A DNA stretch of 64,000 bases from Podarcis bocagei. Taxonomy: Eukaryota. The stretch lies in assembly GCA_964188305.1 (NCBI GenBank), contig OZ076888.1. The stretch is one strand, 5' to 3'. The position numbers and the translations under genes were made by a program. Below the pieces are notes generated by a model. The model ran no database searches. It saw nothing but the letters and a program-made list of their open reading frames with translations, and was not told the DNA's origin. This document shows, in pieces, positions 38,870 to 52,586 of the stretch (position 1 is the stretch's first letter; each line of letters begins with the position of its first letter).

Positions 38870-39084
38870 CAATGGTACCTTGGGTTAAGAACTTAATTCA
38901 TTCTGGAGGTCCGTTCTTAACCTGAAACTGTTCTTAACCTGAGGTACCACTTTACCTAATGGAACCTCCTGCTGCCCCCGCGTAATTTCTGTTCTCATTC
39001 TGAAGCAAAGTTCTTAACCCAAGGTACTATTTCTGGGTTAGTGGAGTCTGTAACCTGAAGTGTATGTAACCCGAGGTACCACTG
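38870..39084 (-). mobile_element. Tigger-like MITE (family of 4411), opposite orientation
   Basis: TA|CAaTGGTACC...GGTACCACTG|TA; body is the reverse complement of the 4411/38381 copies. Confidence 0.9.
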
Positions 39085-40127
39085 TATACTGTTCATAGTT
39101 TCTAGATACAAACAAAATAGAAATACGGGGGTTTGGGGTTGGAGAACCTCCTTCACCACCTCTCCAAGAAAGGTCAAAACTTCCCCCGGGTATAAAAGGG
39201 AAAGGTAAAACACTGAGGAATCCAATCACAGAATTGACATGTCAGGTCAGTTGGGTCTGTTGGGTTTGACTAGATGACCCTTGGGGTCCCTTTCCAACTC
39301 TACAATTTTATGACTGCTAGTCTTTGCCCTGGGAACTGTAGTTCACCCCTCACAGAGCAACAATTCTCAGCATCTTCAAACTAGTTTCAATAAATAATAA
39401 TAATACTAATAATAATTTTATTATTTATACCCTGCCCATCTGGCTGGGTTTCCCCAGCCACTCTGGGCAGGTTCCAACAAAATATTAAAAAATACATTAA
39501 AATTTCAAGTGTTAGTCGAAGGGAATCAGGTGTTTCAGACCTATGGCATGTATAACGCCTAAACATAACTGCATCATGACCTGCACTTTTTCTCTCTGCT
39601 AAGTACATCTGAATACAAGCCCTTCTCAAGACTGTAGTCGTAACTTGAATTTTGACATACTGACCCAGAACAAAGTCCTGGGAAAAGTTAGGTTAACATT
39701 TCGGGGCGTATCCCAGCAGGATTATTTTCTGGCCCAATTCTCTTTCAGCAAAGGACAATTGAGAAAATTCAAGTTGTGTTGCACTTGTTATCATTCCTTT
39801 GGCGACCAGGGGTTAATTGTGAAGGGTTATCTCGACAACCTACTCGGCTAGAGAACAGCATGGCCTGGAACTCCAGTGCAATTGTTTCTTGCTTAAGTGC
39901 CTCTCTTGTTAGAGCCTTGCAAGCTGATTTGCTAGAATCTGTGTAAATAAAAGCAGAGCTTTATCCTTACATGTGCAGCAAGCATTTTCCATTTCTAAAT
40001 ATTCTCCAGGTTTGGGAATGGTCCACCTTTGATAGGAAACAACTATGTACAACACAATCTGAGGTTCTGATTTCAGAGAAACATATTTCTAAGGAGGTAT
40101 GGTTAGGATTGTAGTCCAATCCCTCAG

Positions 40128-40371
40128 TAAGGTAAAGGGACCCCTGACCATTAGGTCCAGTTGTGGCCGACTCTGGGGTTGCGGTGCTCATCTCGCTTTA
40201 CTGGCTGAGGGAGCCGGCATACAGCTTCCGGGTCATGTGGCCAGCATGACTAAGCCGCTTCTGGCAAACCAGAGCTGTGCACGGAAACACCATTTACCTT
40301 CCCGCTGGAGCGGTAACTATTTATCTACTTGCACTTTGATGTGCTTTCGAACTGCTAGGTTGGCAGAAGCA
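40128..40371 (-). mobile_element. Sauria SINE, 5'-truncated
   Basis: aaggtaaagggacccctgaccattaggtccag... reverse complement of the 23489 copy. Confidence 0.9.
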
Positions 40372-40929
40372 GTACCTATTTATTTATTTAGCTCACAGAC
40401 TGACTGTTTATCTGTTCTATGATCATTTCTGGTATCAATATCAAGTTCACCAGTCACTAGTTACCCGAGTCTTCCTTTTCCCCCTAGCTCCAAGTCTGCA
40501 GGGACCTTGCCTGTTCTCCAAGAAATCTCCAAGATTATAGACGGAGGCTCTGGGATTTAGAGAAAGTAGGCTGGAATTAAAGGAAACAGAAATCTTCTTG
40601 GTGCAAATTAAGACTGGAGCAGCAAATCCCTTTCTAGTAAAGCAAAAGCACTGTACTTCAAACCACGTTTCGGAGACAAATACTTCGGAAAGCTTAAAAC
40701 AAAATTGATTAGTGCAGCTGTTATCTCATTCCTAATGTTTCTGCCATCCTCTGGGTGTTTCAAAAAAGCAGGGTGGACCCTAAAAGGTAAAAGTGAAATG
40801 CGTTAGGAGACTTCGCTGAAAGCTGTAATCTAGATTCCTAAAATGACGTCTTGTGCCCAGCAAAGTCAGCTGCTGACAAATGCATTGCTACCAGAATGTG
40901 ACAAGTTAAAAATAAAACCATTTCAGGAC

Positions 40930-43900
40930 TCGAGGTTATATTCAGATTGTTTATTGTCAAGAGTATGACAAGCACTCTGTCATATTGTGTTCAACATGCA
41001 CCCAATTCCACATTAACTGCTCAAAATAGCACTTGCAAAAATTACAGTAGTCTAGTCATAATTTATGATTTGTTACATAAATTTTGTTAACGAGCACTAA
41101 AACTGAATTACAGTGTAGTCTAGGTAGTTTGTTATTGCTTGTTGACACTGCAGCTTTGGATCTACTGGAGAGAATCCACTGATATGCCTGAGTTATCAAA
41201 CTGCATTTTGTTCTACCAAACTTGGAAATCATAAAATGCTGGAGAACACTTAAAAAGAAATTTAGTCTCTCTACTGGACACATTGGCATTCACAGCATGT
41301 GGACACACTGACTTCATGATATTTCAGAATAAAGGTTCATTGTACAATGGATTTTTATTTTTACGATACTGTTGATATATTTTGCTAGCCGCCTTGGCCA
41401 TTCCTATAAGTAGTGAATAAATAAATATAGTTTGGGGTGCTGAGGGGCCACAAATGGTGAACTGCATGCACACATGAAACTGTAGTCAGTTTCATAACAA
41501 GCCAACTTCAAACTATGAGTTATGCAGTTGGCTAATTAAATTAGACACAATGTTTTAAACCAGCAATCCTGGTTGGTAGGTAAGACTAAGACAATATGTT
41601 TTAGAAGTGAAACCAAACTCGGCAGAAGTCCTCCTCTTGGCTGTGGAGGAGCGAAGGGGGGGACATGGGCGCTCACTGAGTCTTGCCCATGGTTTAGTGG
41701 TGCTATGTGCAAACTGGACCAGTATCATGCCACAAAAAGAATGTTCTGCTTATGTTGTAACCTCAGCATTTTTTTAAAAAAAACATTCAGTTTGGCAATC
41801 ATGAAATCACTTTGGAGTGTGCAGTGAACAGACTTGTATTCAACCAGTTCCCTGGAAAGTGGTTTCATGCTTGCTCTACAAAAATAAGGGGAGCAATTTC
41901 CATCAATGTGTAAGTTGTCATATAAATTCTAAAACATTGCATTAGGAATTATCTATTTCATGAACTGATTTTCTACCAAAGTCATTGGGTTCTTCTTGAG
42001 AGTTGTGCATGTTTTAACAAGTCTCAAAATATATAATTTTTGCAGTGTGCGTTCCAATCTCTTTAAAATAGTTGTGCAAATGATTTTAACAAAAAAAAGG
42101 GGGGGAGATAAATTTATAAAAATGAGGTATTTGTGAGGAAAAATCTAAAACCTTTTAAATATTTGTGAAAAGCACAGTGGAGAGAAATATGGTATGTATG
42201 AATGAAAAAAAAGTAGCATTTTTTTGTTGACAGCTGGCAACACAACAGTAAAATGGCACGTTTTCCAACATGTTCACTCCACTCCTCCAAGATTTCCAGC
42301 AAAATGTATTTTTACTACTGAGGGAAGAGTGGGAGAAATGAGATTAAGACCACTGCAGCCATCTGAAGTCATTCTTGGGACTGACCAAACATTTACTCAT
42401 GCCCAATGTTCTATTACAGGGAACTAAGCATACAATTCCCAAAGTGTGTTCTCACTGAGAGAAAGTTACCAGCACAGACGTTTAACACAAAATGGGAATC
42501 ACCATGGGTATGCCAACGTTTTGGGTGTGAATAGCATAAACCACTATTGAAATCCTGTGCATCTCTTAGCCAGTGTTCCCTAAGGACAGAAATTATTTGA
42601 TGGTTCTTTTTCACACACACTATTTGCCACAAACAGGGTCTTTCCCCCTAGATAACGAATTAAAAGCTTCCTGGATAAAATTCTGTAAGTCTTGTTCCTG
42701 TGCAACCTTGCTTGGATTGGATGAGGAAATCCCTGAACAGATTGCATGCATATGCAACAATACTAGCATAATTAAACTCCAATGGTGCCTCTGTCATAGC
42801 TTGCATCCTGTAAACAAAGTTTGCTGTATAATTAAGTATCAAGGTATAATTGATATGACAATATCCATGGAGCGTGTGTCATGTCTAATGCCACTTATCA
42901 CATGAAGCGTTCATCTGATTCCTTGTCATGTTTTCAGTTTTTGAGCAGGTTAGGAAGGGAGTGGAAAACCTATCATCTGTATCACATAAAAAGCTACAGC
43001 TTTCTGTGTAACAAAACAATCAAATGACCTCTTTACCATGATGCCAGCCATAATGAGTAATGAACTTGTTGGACATGAAGGGTTAATGTTCAATAGCATT
43101 AACACTCCCTGAGAAATTATGTCCTATTTCTTTTAACTCACTGTGTTGCTGTAAGATGCAGGAGGGGCCTTGAACCTTAACAAGGTAAAATACAGCAATG
43201 ATAAAACATTGCGCCCTTTAAAGATACATGCAGGTTAATTCTATGTCCCAAGGTTAGCTGTTTACTTCCTACTCGGATATTATATATCGTATCTCCAGGA
43301 AAATGCAACACACAATTTTATTCTGACAATTCACAAGGCAATCAACATTGGAACTAATAAAACAAAACAGTGGACGGGGTAGCCAAGACATTCAGATTCC
43401 AGCCTCAGACTGCAAAGCATGTAACCAGTGCTCTTATACAATTAATGCTATGCAGGTCAGATTTCTGAAGTAGGAGGCACATTTTCTCTTAGAAAACCAA
43501 GCTGAGACTAGAAATCCATTGGGATCTTTGAAATACTTCAGACTTAGAATCTGTATAACAAACTTGGAAAAAAGCCAGCATTTAAAAGACGTATTACTTT
43601 GGTAAATGTATGCCTTTTCTCTCCAAAAACCAGATTATGCAAAACTGGCTCCCTTGTCTTCCTATGAGCTTTTAGTAGCACAACCTCCACTAAAACCAAT
43701 AGGCTAGAGATGAAAAAATTATTCTATTTTATCATTCCTGTTTATTTTGCATACAAATCTCTGCTTTGTGCTGTTTTCCTAGAAAGCAGTTGGCACCAAC
43801 TTCCTGTACCCTGATTATTAAATTGTGCTATTATTGCATTGCAGATGCCTGAAGTGTCAAATAAAAATGATCCAGGATAAGCAATTTAAACAGTGTTTAA

Positions 43901-45153
43901 AATACTGGCTGCAAGCTTTTAAGCGCAGGGAAGTTTGCCTTGGTCAGGCTCAATGTGATGTTGCCCTATTGAGCTGACGTTTAATTGCTGGCATGGCTAA
44001 GCAAATGCTAACCTTCCATTTGTTCTGGGATTTCTTCTTCCCTGTCACTTTAAAATATCTAAGCCTGATAAAGCTTGAAAGCTTGCACCAAGAGCTGCAA
44101 AAACAGTGGTAGGTCAGATTAAGGTATTGTTGTATCACATGCCTTGAAGGGCCACCCTGTTCCGGACATTCAAAGGGTGCATTTATGGAATCAGGCACAC
44201 GCTGTGCTGTGTCTTTGTGACAAAGACTAAGATTTCCATTTTATGCCTTCTCACAGAAGTCTGCCCCATGTCCACAGCTTAAACACCTATTAAGGGTCAC
44301 TGATAGCCTTTTCAACAAGTCACATACCCAACAAGAGAGGGCAAGTTTGATGAGATATCTAAAAACAATACATGAACAACCGGAAGAAAAAGCGCCAAAA
44401 CAATTTTATTTATGCAAATGAAACATTTTCCAAGTAACCCTGAGAAAACACAAGGGTTACAAGCAGAAGGTAACACTCTGGGCAAGAAAAGGGTGGCTAG
44501 CCAGGTGTTTCCAGCATTTTACTAGTCTGAATATTAAAAAAATGTCCTCAAATGTGTATAAAGATTAAAACTATGTCAATATGCCTGGTAACTTATCAGA
44601 AATATATCTGTTGACGTTTCCCCCTCATTTCCACTGATTTATATAGTACCTAAATGGTTGGCTGCTCTGAGGATCAATATGCTTAAGTCTTTTCTTTAAA
44701 AATCAGTATGTGCATTTTAATAATGTTTCGTTCCTCCACATCCAATAAATTGCTTAATCTTAATGACTTTCCATAAGAAAAGGAAGGGCCTTTAAAATAA
44801 CACCAGTTTGTTCAGTAAGCTTCTTCATATTCCATTATGGAAACAAAACCTTTAAAAGGGCCTCACTATTGTAAAATATACCATACCTACACAAACCTTT
44901 GAATATACCACTTGATTTTGGTTTCCAAGAGTGGCTCTACAATAAACATGACGTATGACTACAGCCTATTTGCCTAATTTGCTGTAACCCTATCACACCA
45001 GAAATGCCAAATAAACCTAGAAGGAATCAGGAACCCTCATAATGGACAGGATTGTTTGTCCTAACAACAGCTTAAGATGTTGGTTCATTATGAAAATCCA
45101 CTGAAGTCATACAAGACTCTTCCACTTCCAGTTCTTCACCCAGCAAAGGTTCT
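40930..45153 (-). other. IDE: Probable long IDE 3' UTR with alternative poly(A) signals
   Basis: Almost repeat-free AU-rich 4 kb after the stop; minus-strand AATAAA at 44405-44410, 43741-43746, 43317-43322 and 40950-40955. Confidence 0.5.
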
Positions 45154-45249
45154 TCACAGTTTTGCAGCCATGAAATTGATATGTGGCTTCACCAGAGGAA
45201 AGAGTGGCAGGCTGCGTTTGAACTCTGTCATATTCTGAATCACGTCTGG
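45154..45249 (-). CDS. IDE: IDE last exon (25), ending in PTS1-like AKL*
   Basis: [31 protein letters not shown]; acceptor ttgcag; 96 nt. Confidence 0.97.
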   Translation of the reverse strand, partial: PDVIQNMTEFKRSLPLFPLVKPHINFMAAKL

Positions 45250-45885
45250 CTGCAAAGAAACATTTTAGAAAAAGAAACTTTGAGAATCAAGCACATAGCC
45301 TATATGTATTCACTGAAGCAAAATTCATTTTTAAAATCATCAGCCAAAGGGTGACCAAGTCCTTAAGTTTCAGTTAAAAAGCCAATAGCAAAAAAATTAT
45401 AACTAAGATCCAAACCTTGCTTACATAAGAACTTCCTTCAGATGCAAAATTCACGAGATAAAATTGCCTAAAAAGTGGCTTCTTACAAAACTATATATCC
45501 AATATGTTATGATGACAATCTTAAGACAGGAACATCTCTCTGTGCTTGACAGGTAGGTGTGGTTTCTTCAAATGGCCAAATACAGAAGCCTAATTGGGCC
45601 TAATTAGCTCCATGTTCCAGAAGTGCCACACCCCAAATCTATACTATTCACGACACTCACAATTTTTCTAAAGGCTTGTTCACACAGTGGTTAAGCTGTC
45701 CCAAGCATAGCAGCCAGATAGGTCCCATGAGTAATGCATTTCCTGGTGGTGATATGCACCACCAGCCTCATTTGAACACAGGGATAGTTACTTCTAAACA
45801 TGATAAGGCTGAGTGAGTAATAACAGTGTTGGAGCGTATATTGGGCACTCTCATTTTTTTCATAAATGATTATAAAACATCTTAC

Positions 45886-45953
45886 CTGTGGCAGTGGTGG
45901 AGCTGGTGCCAGGTTTACATCATTCTGAGATGGAAATTCTCCCACAACAGGGC
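45886..45953 (-). CDS. IDE: IDE exon 24
   Basis: CPVVGEFPSQNDVNLAPAPPLPQ; 68 nt; aacag / gtaag boundaries. Confidence 0.95.
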
Positions 45954-46329
45954 CTGTTTAAAGCAACAACAACAGTTCATAAACCTCTAGGAAAACATCT
46001 ACTTTTATACACAGATATTAAACAGACCATTAAAAGCAAAGGGTTGAACTGCTTTTCGTACTGCTTGAAAATCTGCACACTTGCAAACTTTTCTCACATT
46101 TGTTATTCTCCAGGACTCCTGAGAGTGAATATACTCCCACCGATCCACTAGAGGTCATAACCATCCTTTGCAAAAGATTCTGTTTGTTCTACCAAACAGC
46201 TTGGCAGGGGGTTGGACTCGATGGCCCTTGTGGTCTCTTCCAACTCTATGATTCTATGATTCTAAGTGTTTTTCTGTGCAAACTTGAGTGAAGATAATTT
46301 GGAAACAAAGAAAGGCACTCAGTACTTAC

Positions 46330-46402
46330 AGGAATCCATTTCCCGTGCTAGTACATGCACGGATACTTTGTGCCTTCTTTGAGCATCAACTGACAACATC
46401 TC
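46330..46402 (-). CDS. IDE: IDE exon 23
   Basis: EMLSVDAQRRHKVSVHVLAREMDS; 73 nt. Confidence 0.96.
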
Positions 46403-48680
46403 CTACAGAAAGACAGAGGAAAGAAAGATGAGAATCGGTTATTCCAACAAAAGCACAGGAACATCTGCACTGCAGACCAAAGTGTGCAAGAAAGTCTGCT
46501 AGCCTGGAGCAGATATGCCTGACCCAAGCAGGACACTTTATCCAAGTAGGGTGGAATGTCCAAAAAGGAAGAGAAATATGTAGCCTATGCACACTGTGAT
46601 ATGCAGCCAACTGCTGCTGCTTATGCTGTCATATACAATCTCAAGTCACTCTTTTGCAAACATGAAAACACCTGTTCAGTGTTAAACAGAACTGACCTAC
46701 TGGGCCCCTCCCTGGCTGGCTTGTCAATATTTCAGTTATGCCAGTGAGTCCACCCCATTAACTCACCCTGGCTGTTACATAGTGCTTGTGGCCTGCCCAA
46801 GAAAACCTCAAATTCTGCCAAAATCTCTTTCACATACTGTGGAAGGTAAATAAAATTAATGATAAAATAGGTGCACTTACTAGAGATGAGAGCCATTTTT
46901 GAATAATATAGAAACACCAGCAATACTTAAGAGCAATATTAAAATATATGGCAAGAGTAAGCAATTCAAAGTCAATCTAGCTGTCAGTTGCTCAAATCTT
47001 TTAAAAGCTTCATTAACAGAATTAGCTGGGGAGTAAATCAATTGCCTTCCGCAACTGTAATCAAATAATTTAACTACAATGCACTTATATCAATAATTAA
47101 CATTTTCTTAATCGGCCGTAATGACAAGTCTACTGAAAACCATGATGCAATGCACAGTCAAGTTCTATTAGCACTGACTTGAACACAATGAGCATTCATA
47201 ATTAAAAGTAACTAAAGTGGTTCTAGAAAAAGCATCTCCATTCCAAAGTTGCGGGGGGGGGCAGTTAATGGCAAGCTCCTTACACAATTATTTTTTTAAG
47301 AGAGGCTTCAATTCCAAAATATTTTTTAATTTACTTTTTAGATGGCAGGAAGAAGTTTGCCTCACTTCAAAGAAGCTGCCTTATAATCTGTTCAACAGAA
47401 ATTATGCACAGTGTTTCTTTCCCTTTCTTGCATCCCTTCTTGCAGTGTGTGTGTGTACACATGCAAAAGCTGGACAGATGCAGTGATGGGGAATGAATGG
47501 ACTGGGGGTATGGATGGAGGAATATGGTGTGGGGGTGTGTGCATAAGGGGTGGATTGATAGGAGGGAGCATGGCTATCATCTTGGATATCCTCATGACTG
47601 CTCCTGGTGTGGAGACACTGAAAGCACATCTTCTACCTCTTGATTACAGTCTGCAACCATGCATTTTAACTGCACACCGAGCAGCTGTGTTTGACAGACA
47701 GGATAAGGATTCAGAGCTCTCTCCTAATCCACTCTGCTGTTTGAAAACAGGGACCCAAAGGGATGTGCACTGCCCTTATATGCTGCCTCTTTCAGCTGCG
47801 TGTGCATTTGGCTTCCCCCGGTACTTCATGCTCTGCAACCATTGGGGCATGGAAGGAAATACCCTTTTGTATGGTTTCTAGCCTGGGGGAGGGTTCATTA
47901 GTGGGGCTTCTACTGCTGAAGAGTCATGTGCTTCCTTGTCCACCTCCACCTTGTTCTGTTGTACTACTCCCAAAACCAATACTAGCATATATGTAACATG
48001 TATTCTGCTTAGGATATTCAAAGATCCAAAAAGCATGCATGAATTTGTCTGAGTCACTTCAAAACTGTAATGACCACGCCTTTTTAAATAAGCATCAGCT
48101 ATTAAAGGGGGGAAATTAGTTCGTCTGAACTTGAACCAACAGCCCTGGAATATGTTTAACGTATTCATTTTTACCTGCCTTGCAAGCTGCACACATTGCA
48201 CCCTTACTTGTTACTGCCACCTGGTCATACTGCTTTCTTCCACTGGCAGTTTGGAGGGGATAAGCAAAATGTTTTGCAAGTGCGCTGCTGCTTTAGCGCT
48301 GTGCCTTTTGGCATTGTTTAGCTTTCTGTGTTTCTTGCAAGTTGTGGGCATTGTGACTTGATGGTTACACACCTCTCTTAGCATGCACAGATTGCCTCTC
48401 TCTGTGTCCATGTGGCATGTGAGTGTTGTTGCAGTCTTGCCCCTGATTTGGGGAGGTTATTCCAGGGACATTGGGAGCATGACTGCTGTTGATATTGTAA
48501 GAGCGGCCCTATTGGATCAGACCAAAGGCCTAGCTTGTGCAGCATTCTGCTCTCACAATGGCCAAGCCAATGGATATGGGAAGCCCACAAGGAGGACAGG
48601 AAAACAATAACACTATTATCTTTTGTAGTGTTCCTGTTGTATTTTCTCCTCGTCTCTTCCAAGCTGGGCTTGAGTTAGAC

Positions 48681-49183
48681 CAGAGGTTTTCAACCTTTTT
48701 GGGTCCATGGCTCCCTTGACCAACAATATTTTTTCTGTGGTACCCCGTGGGCCTCTTGAGCTCAGCTATGTCATCCCCTGCCTGCAGAGCTAGCAGCCCC
48801 TCACCCCTTTTCAAACACCCTCCCTTGTGGAGTGTTCCCTCAGCCTCCTCTCTTTTCCTCGCTCCTTGGGAATCCTCTGGGTAGCTGCCGCCCCTGGTCT
48901 CTGAGCTGCCCCCCCCAAAAAGAGTTGCCTCCTTCCACTGCCCCACAGGGGCCTGGGAAGCACCCCCTGGCGAGCCCCAGAGACACCATTCACCTGGGGA
49001 GCTCGTAGCCAGGGCTGCTGCAACGAACAGTTGTGCAAGCCTTTGGGAGGCAGAGATGCAAGAGGGTATCAGAGGTGGAAGGGAAGGAAAGAAGGAGAGA
49101 CAGAGGCCAGTGTTGTCCATGGCACCCGTGACCATCATTCAAGCCACCCCAGGGTGCCACGGCCCACTGGTTGAGAACCACCA
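48681..49183. mobile_element. hAT-type non-autonomous transposon
   Basis: Ends cagaggttttcaacc / ggttgagaaccacca; 8-bp TSD agttagac / agttggac. Confidence 0.8.
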
Positions 49184-49377
49184 AGTTGGACTATAGGACT
49201 CCTCTGCTATGTACTTGTATTGCAATAAGCAGCTGCTCAATAAGGCAATATTATTAATTTTGCAAAATCACCAATTACTGTTATACATACAGAGCTGATT
49301 GCAAGGTTCAAACAACCCTATAACTCCTTAAATACAGCATACAAACAGTTCAGGTGCTATACGTAACAATGACAATA

Positions 49378-50260
49378 CAGTGGTGCCTCGCAAGACGAAA
49401 TTAATTCGTTCCGCAAGTTTTTTCTTCTTGCGAGTTTTTCGTCTTGCGATGCACGGTTTCCCATAGGAATGCATTGAAAATCAATTAATGCGTTCCTATG
49501 GAAACCGCCTTCAGACCAGGTCCGGGGACAGTCTGTCCCCCGACCTCTTCTGAAGACTGGGGGGGGGGACAAGGGCTTTTCTTCCCACCCCCAGCATTTT
49601 AAAAAACCCCGGGACAGCGGAGGACTTCTCCGCTGTCCTGGGTGATCTTAAAATGCTGGCGGGTGGCATTTTAAAATCGCCCGGGACAGCGGAGGACTTC
49701 TCCGCTGTCCCGGGAGATGTAAAAGCCCCTGGGAAGGCAGGCAGGGGGGACAAAGACTTTTGCCCCCCGCCCGCCTTCAGAAGAGGTCCTGGACCTCTTC
49801 TGAAGGCGGGCGGGGGGCGAAAGTCTTTGCTCCCCACCGCCTGCCTTCCAAAGCCGTCCGGGACAGCGGAGAAACGTGCTGCCTTTCTCCGCTCTCCCAG
49901 GAAGGCAGGCAGGGGGGAGCAAAGACTTTCGCCCCCCGCCCTGCCTTCAAAAGCCGTCCGCGATAGCGGGAAGCGCTTCCCTGCTATCCCGGACTGCTTT
50001 TAAAATGCTGGCGGTGGGGAGCAAAGCCTTTCGGCCCCCGCCGGCCTTCCTGGACCTCTTCTGAAGGCCGGAGGGGGGGAAAGGCTTTGCTCCCCACCAC
50101 CAGCATTTAAAAGAGGTCCCCGGAGATTTCCCTATGGGCTTTCTTCTTGCGAAGCAAGCCCATAGGGAAATTCGTATTGCGAAGCGCCTCCAAAACAGAA
50201 AACCCTTTCGTCTTGTGGGTTTTCCATCTTGCGAGGCATTCGTCTTGCGAGGTACCACTG
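49378..50260. mobile_element. 883-bp Tigger/pogo-like non-autonomous transposon with GC-rich palindromic interior
   Basis: TIRs CAGTGGTGCCTCGCAAGACGAA / TTCGTCTTGCGAGGTACCACTG, TA on both flanks, CpGs largely intact. Confidence 0.92.
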
Positions 50261-50798
50261 TAGTAGCTGCAGAGATGTCCCCAAGGACAACGTGTGCTTT
50301 GTAGAATCTGGCTAAAGAACAACAACAAAAATAGTTGTTCTTCCCCACCCCCATCTACTTTAAAAAGCTTTTAGAATATAGTGTCACAATTTTAACCCAA
50401 CCAGATATATATAATTGTTCCTGTAAAGAGCTTTGGCTTGTCCAGGCAAAAAAGAAGAGAAAAACTATCATTTACATGTTTGAATTATGCTGACAGTATG
50501 CACAGAATTAAGTTAGCAAGCATTCTGATGAGTGACTAGGGAATAATTGGGGAACAACATTTTTACCCTGGTAAAAAGAATGTGGAATAAAATAAAAAAA
50601 AGAAGAATACTCACAGGCTCTATTGTCATGTTCATAGCACACAGCAACATTTTAACATCTGGTATATGTATGTACTCCATTTAGATAAATGTTGTGATGT
50701 TTATCAAGTTCTCAAACTGTTATTAATATATTCCCTTAAATTTTACACAATTTTACAATCAGAAGCTAAACTAATCAGAAATATTATGATCAGCTTAC

Positions 50799-50860
50799 CT
50801 TATAAAAGTGCATAATATCATCCTTAGTAAGAGTTTTGAGATATGCCACTTCAATGTTAT
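50799..50860 (-). CDS. IDE: IDE exon 22
   Basis: DNIEVAYLKTLTKDDIMHFYK; 62 nt. Confidence 0.96.
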
Positions 50861-51515
50861 CTGGACAACAAAGATTATAATTAATACAATTATGAAATTT
50901 ACACTTCCTTCAAACCACAACACCTCAGCATATTGTAATTATTATTATTATTTATTGAATTTATGTACCGCCCTATACCCAAAATATGCCTGTCACTGAA
51001 AATATTGCTACCCTGAAGGATCAGGACATTTTCTGAAGCCTGTGCACATGTGACATTCCATGTCCTTAGCTATGATTAATGGATCAGGAGTATCTGCATC
51101 AAGCATCATATGTTCTTAGACTGATGCAAAGGAAGGGATAAGGCAGCACTGGAATTTCTAGAATGCAAATCCCTCATCACATAATCGGTTATAAGAATAC
51201 ATGCCAGGCAGCTTTCAAAAATGGAATGTGGTCTAGATGGGGCAAAGAAATAGATAATACCACAGAAATAGCTAATAATAATTTAATTTTAAAAAATTAT
51301 TATTTGTACCCCACCCATCTGACCAGGTCACCCCGGCTATGTGCAGTATCCCAGCATTGTGACTTTGACACTAATTAATCTTCTAAGTGTATTCCAGAAC
51401 TAAATATTATTATTTTATCATGCATGGTGGGTACACTTTAGATGGTCTGAATTGTTACTTTTGTTAAGCTTTCATCCAAAAAAAATTACATTTCCAGCTT
51501 GGGAGTGCTTCTTAC

Positions 51516-51788
51516 CTCTGTCAAAGTTATATTGCTGGGAAATAATTTCGCCCCAATATTTTGCACACTCAGCAGACAGTTTCTTTGGTTTGTCAAGGCG
51601 ACGAATTGCTAAAGCCTGGATGTGCTTCTGGAAGGCTTCATCAGACATGTCCTCTATACTCTTCTCCATGGTTTTTAAAAAAGCTTCAACTCTGCTCTCC
51701 AAGTAGTGTGGAGGTTTTTCTGACTGGATGATAAATCGTAGTCCTTGGATACCATTTGCCCGCCGTGGACCACTGAACACAATGTAAC
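51516..51788 (-). CDS. IDE: IDE exon 21
   Basis: [38 protein letters not shown]...[14 protein letters not shown]; 273 nt; acceptor tttcaag. Confidence 0.98.
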
Positions 51789-52264
51789 CTTGAAAAAAAC
51801 CAAATAATTCATTCTATTAGACTCACTAAATAAATAATTAAAAAAGACAGAAGGGGTTTGTATTTCTGCCCTTGAATTCTGGCCAAATTCTAACATGACC
51901 ATTAGTGCCTTAAATGGTCTTACATCAAGTGAATAGATGATATAACTATCGTAACTAATCTCAGGTTTTAGCTTTCGTGCAAGCTAATGGAGGGATCTCA
52001 CATTATGCATTTTGACCATGAAGAAAACAGCATATATATTAAAATTGTATAAATCACTTTCATGATTCTCCTGTATCTCTTTGAAACAGTGATTTCATTG
52101 ATTTGTCACTGAGCACAAAGGGCCCCAAGCCAGCAATAAGATTCCACAGCCATCACATGGACAGCACATTACATTGAACTATAGTGGCTGAAGTATACAA
52201 TCCAAATTCTGCTCACTATAACAATATTTAGGTGATCTATGAAGACAGGCAAGCTATTATTTAC

Positions 52265-52432
52265 CTAACTGTTCTTTAGTGCGCAGGGTATTGAAGCAAG
52301 GCTCTGAGATGATTTGACAGAAGAGCTCCAAAAACATATTCTCTGAGGTGCTTTGCATATCTGTTTGATAATATATTTCAATGCCACAATTGTTATGAAC
52401 CTCGTTCCTCTGTTGATAGACGAACCAACCTC
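52265..52432 (-). CDS. IDE: IDE exon 20
   Basis: [56 protein letters not shown]; 168 nt. Confidence 0.98.
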   Translation of the reverse strand, partial: EVGSSINRGTRFITIVALKYIIKQICKAPQRICFWSSSVKSSQSLASIPCALKNS

Positions 52433-52586
52433 CTAAAAAAACATGAAAATGATGCAAAGGGTCATTTTGAAAGATGGTCAAGCAGGGAACCATCCATACT
52501 CTCTATGCGATGTACACTAGTTTAGAGAAGAAAATATAAGTACTCTATATAAACACAATCTGGAAGCCTAGGACTGAAATGAATTA

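Noticed and set aside
39510-39977. Possible solo LTR (TG...AATAAA...CA)
   Set aside because: No clean target-site duplication and no second copy to define the ends.
45148-45156. IDE stop-codon readthrough
   Set aside because: TGA is followed by AGA, not a CTAG-type readthrough context.
49600-50110. CRISPR-like repeated palindromes
   Set aside because: Vertebrate DNA, irregular spacing and no unique spacers; these are internal modules of a TIR element.
48530-50354. Cluster of 100-200 aa ORFs
   Set aside because: They lie inside GC-rich non-autonomous transposons and show no transposase motifs.
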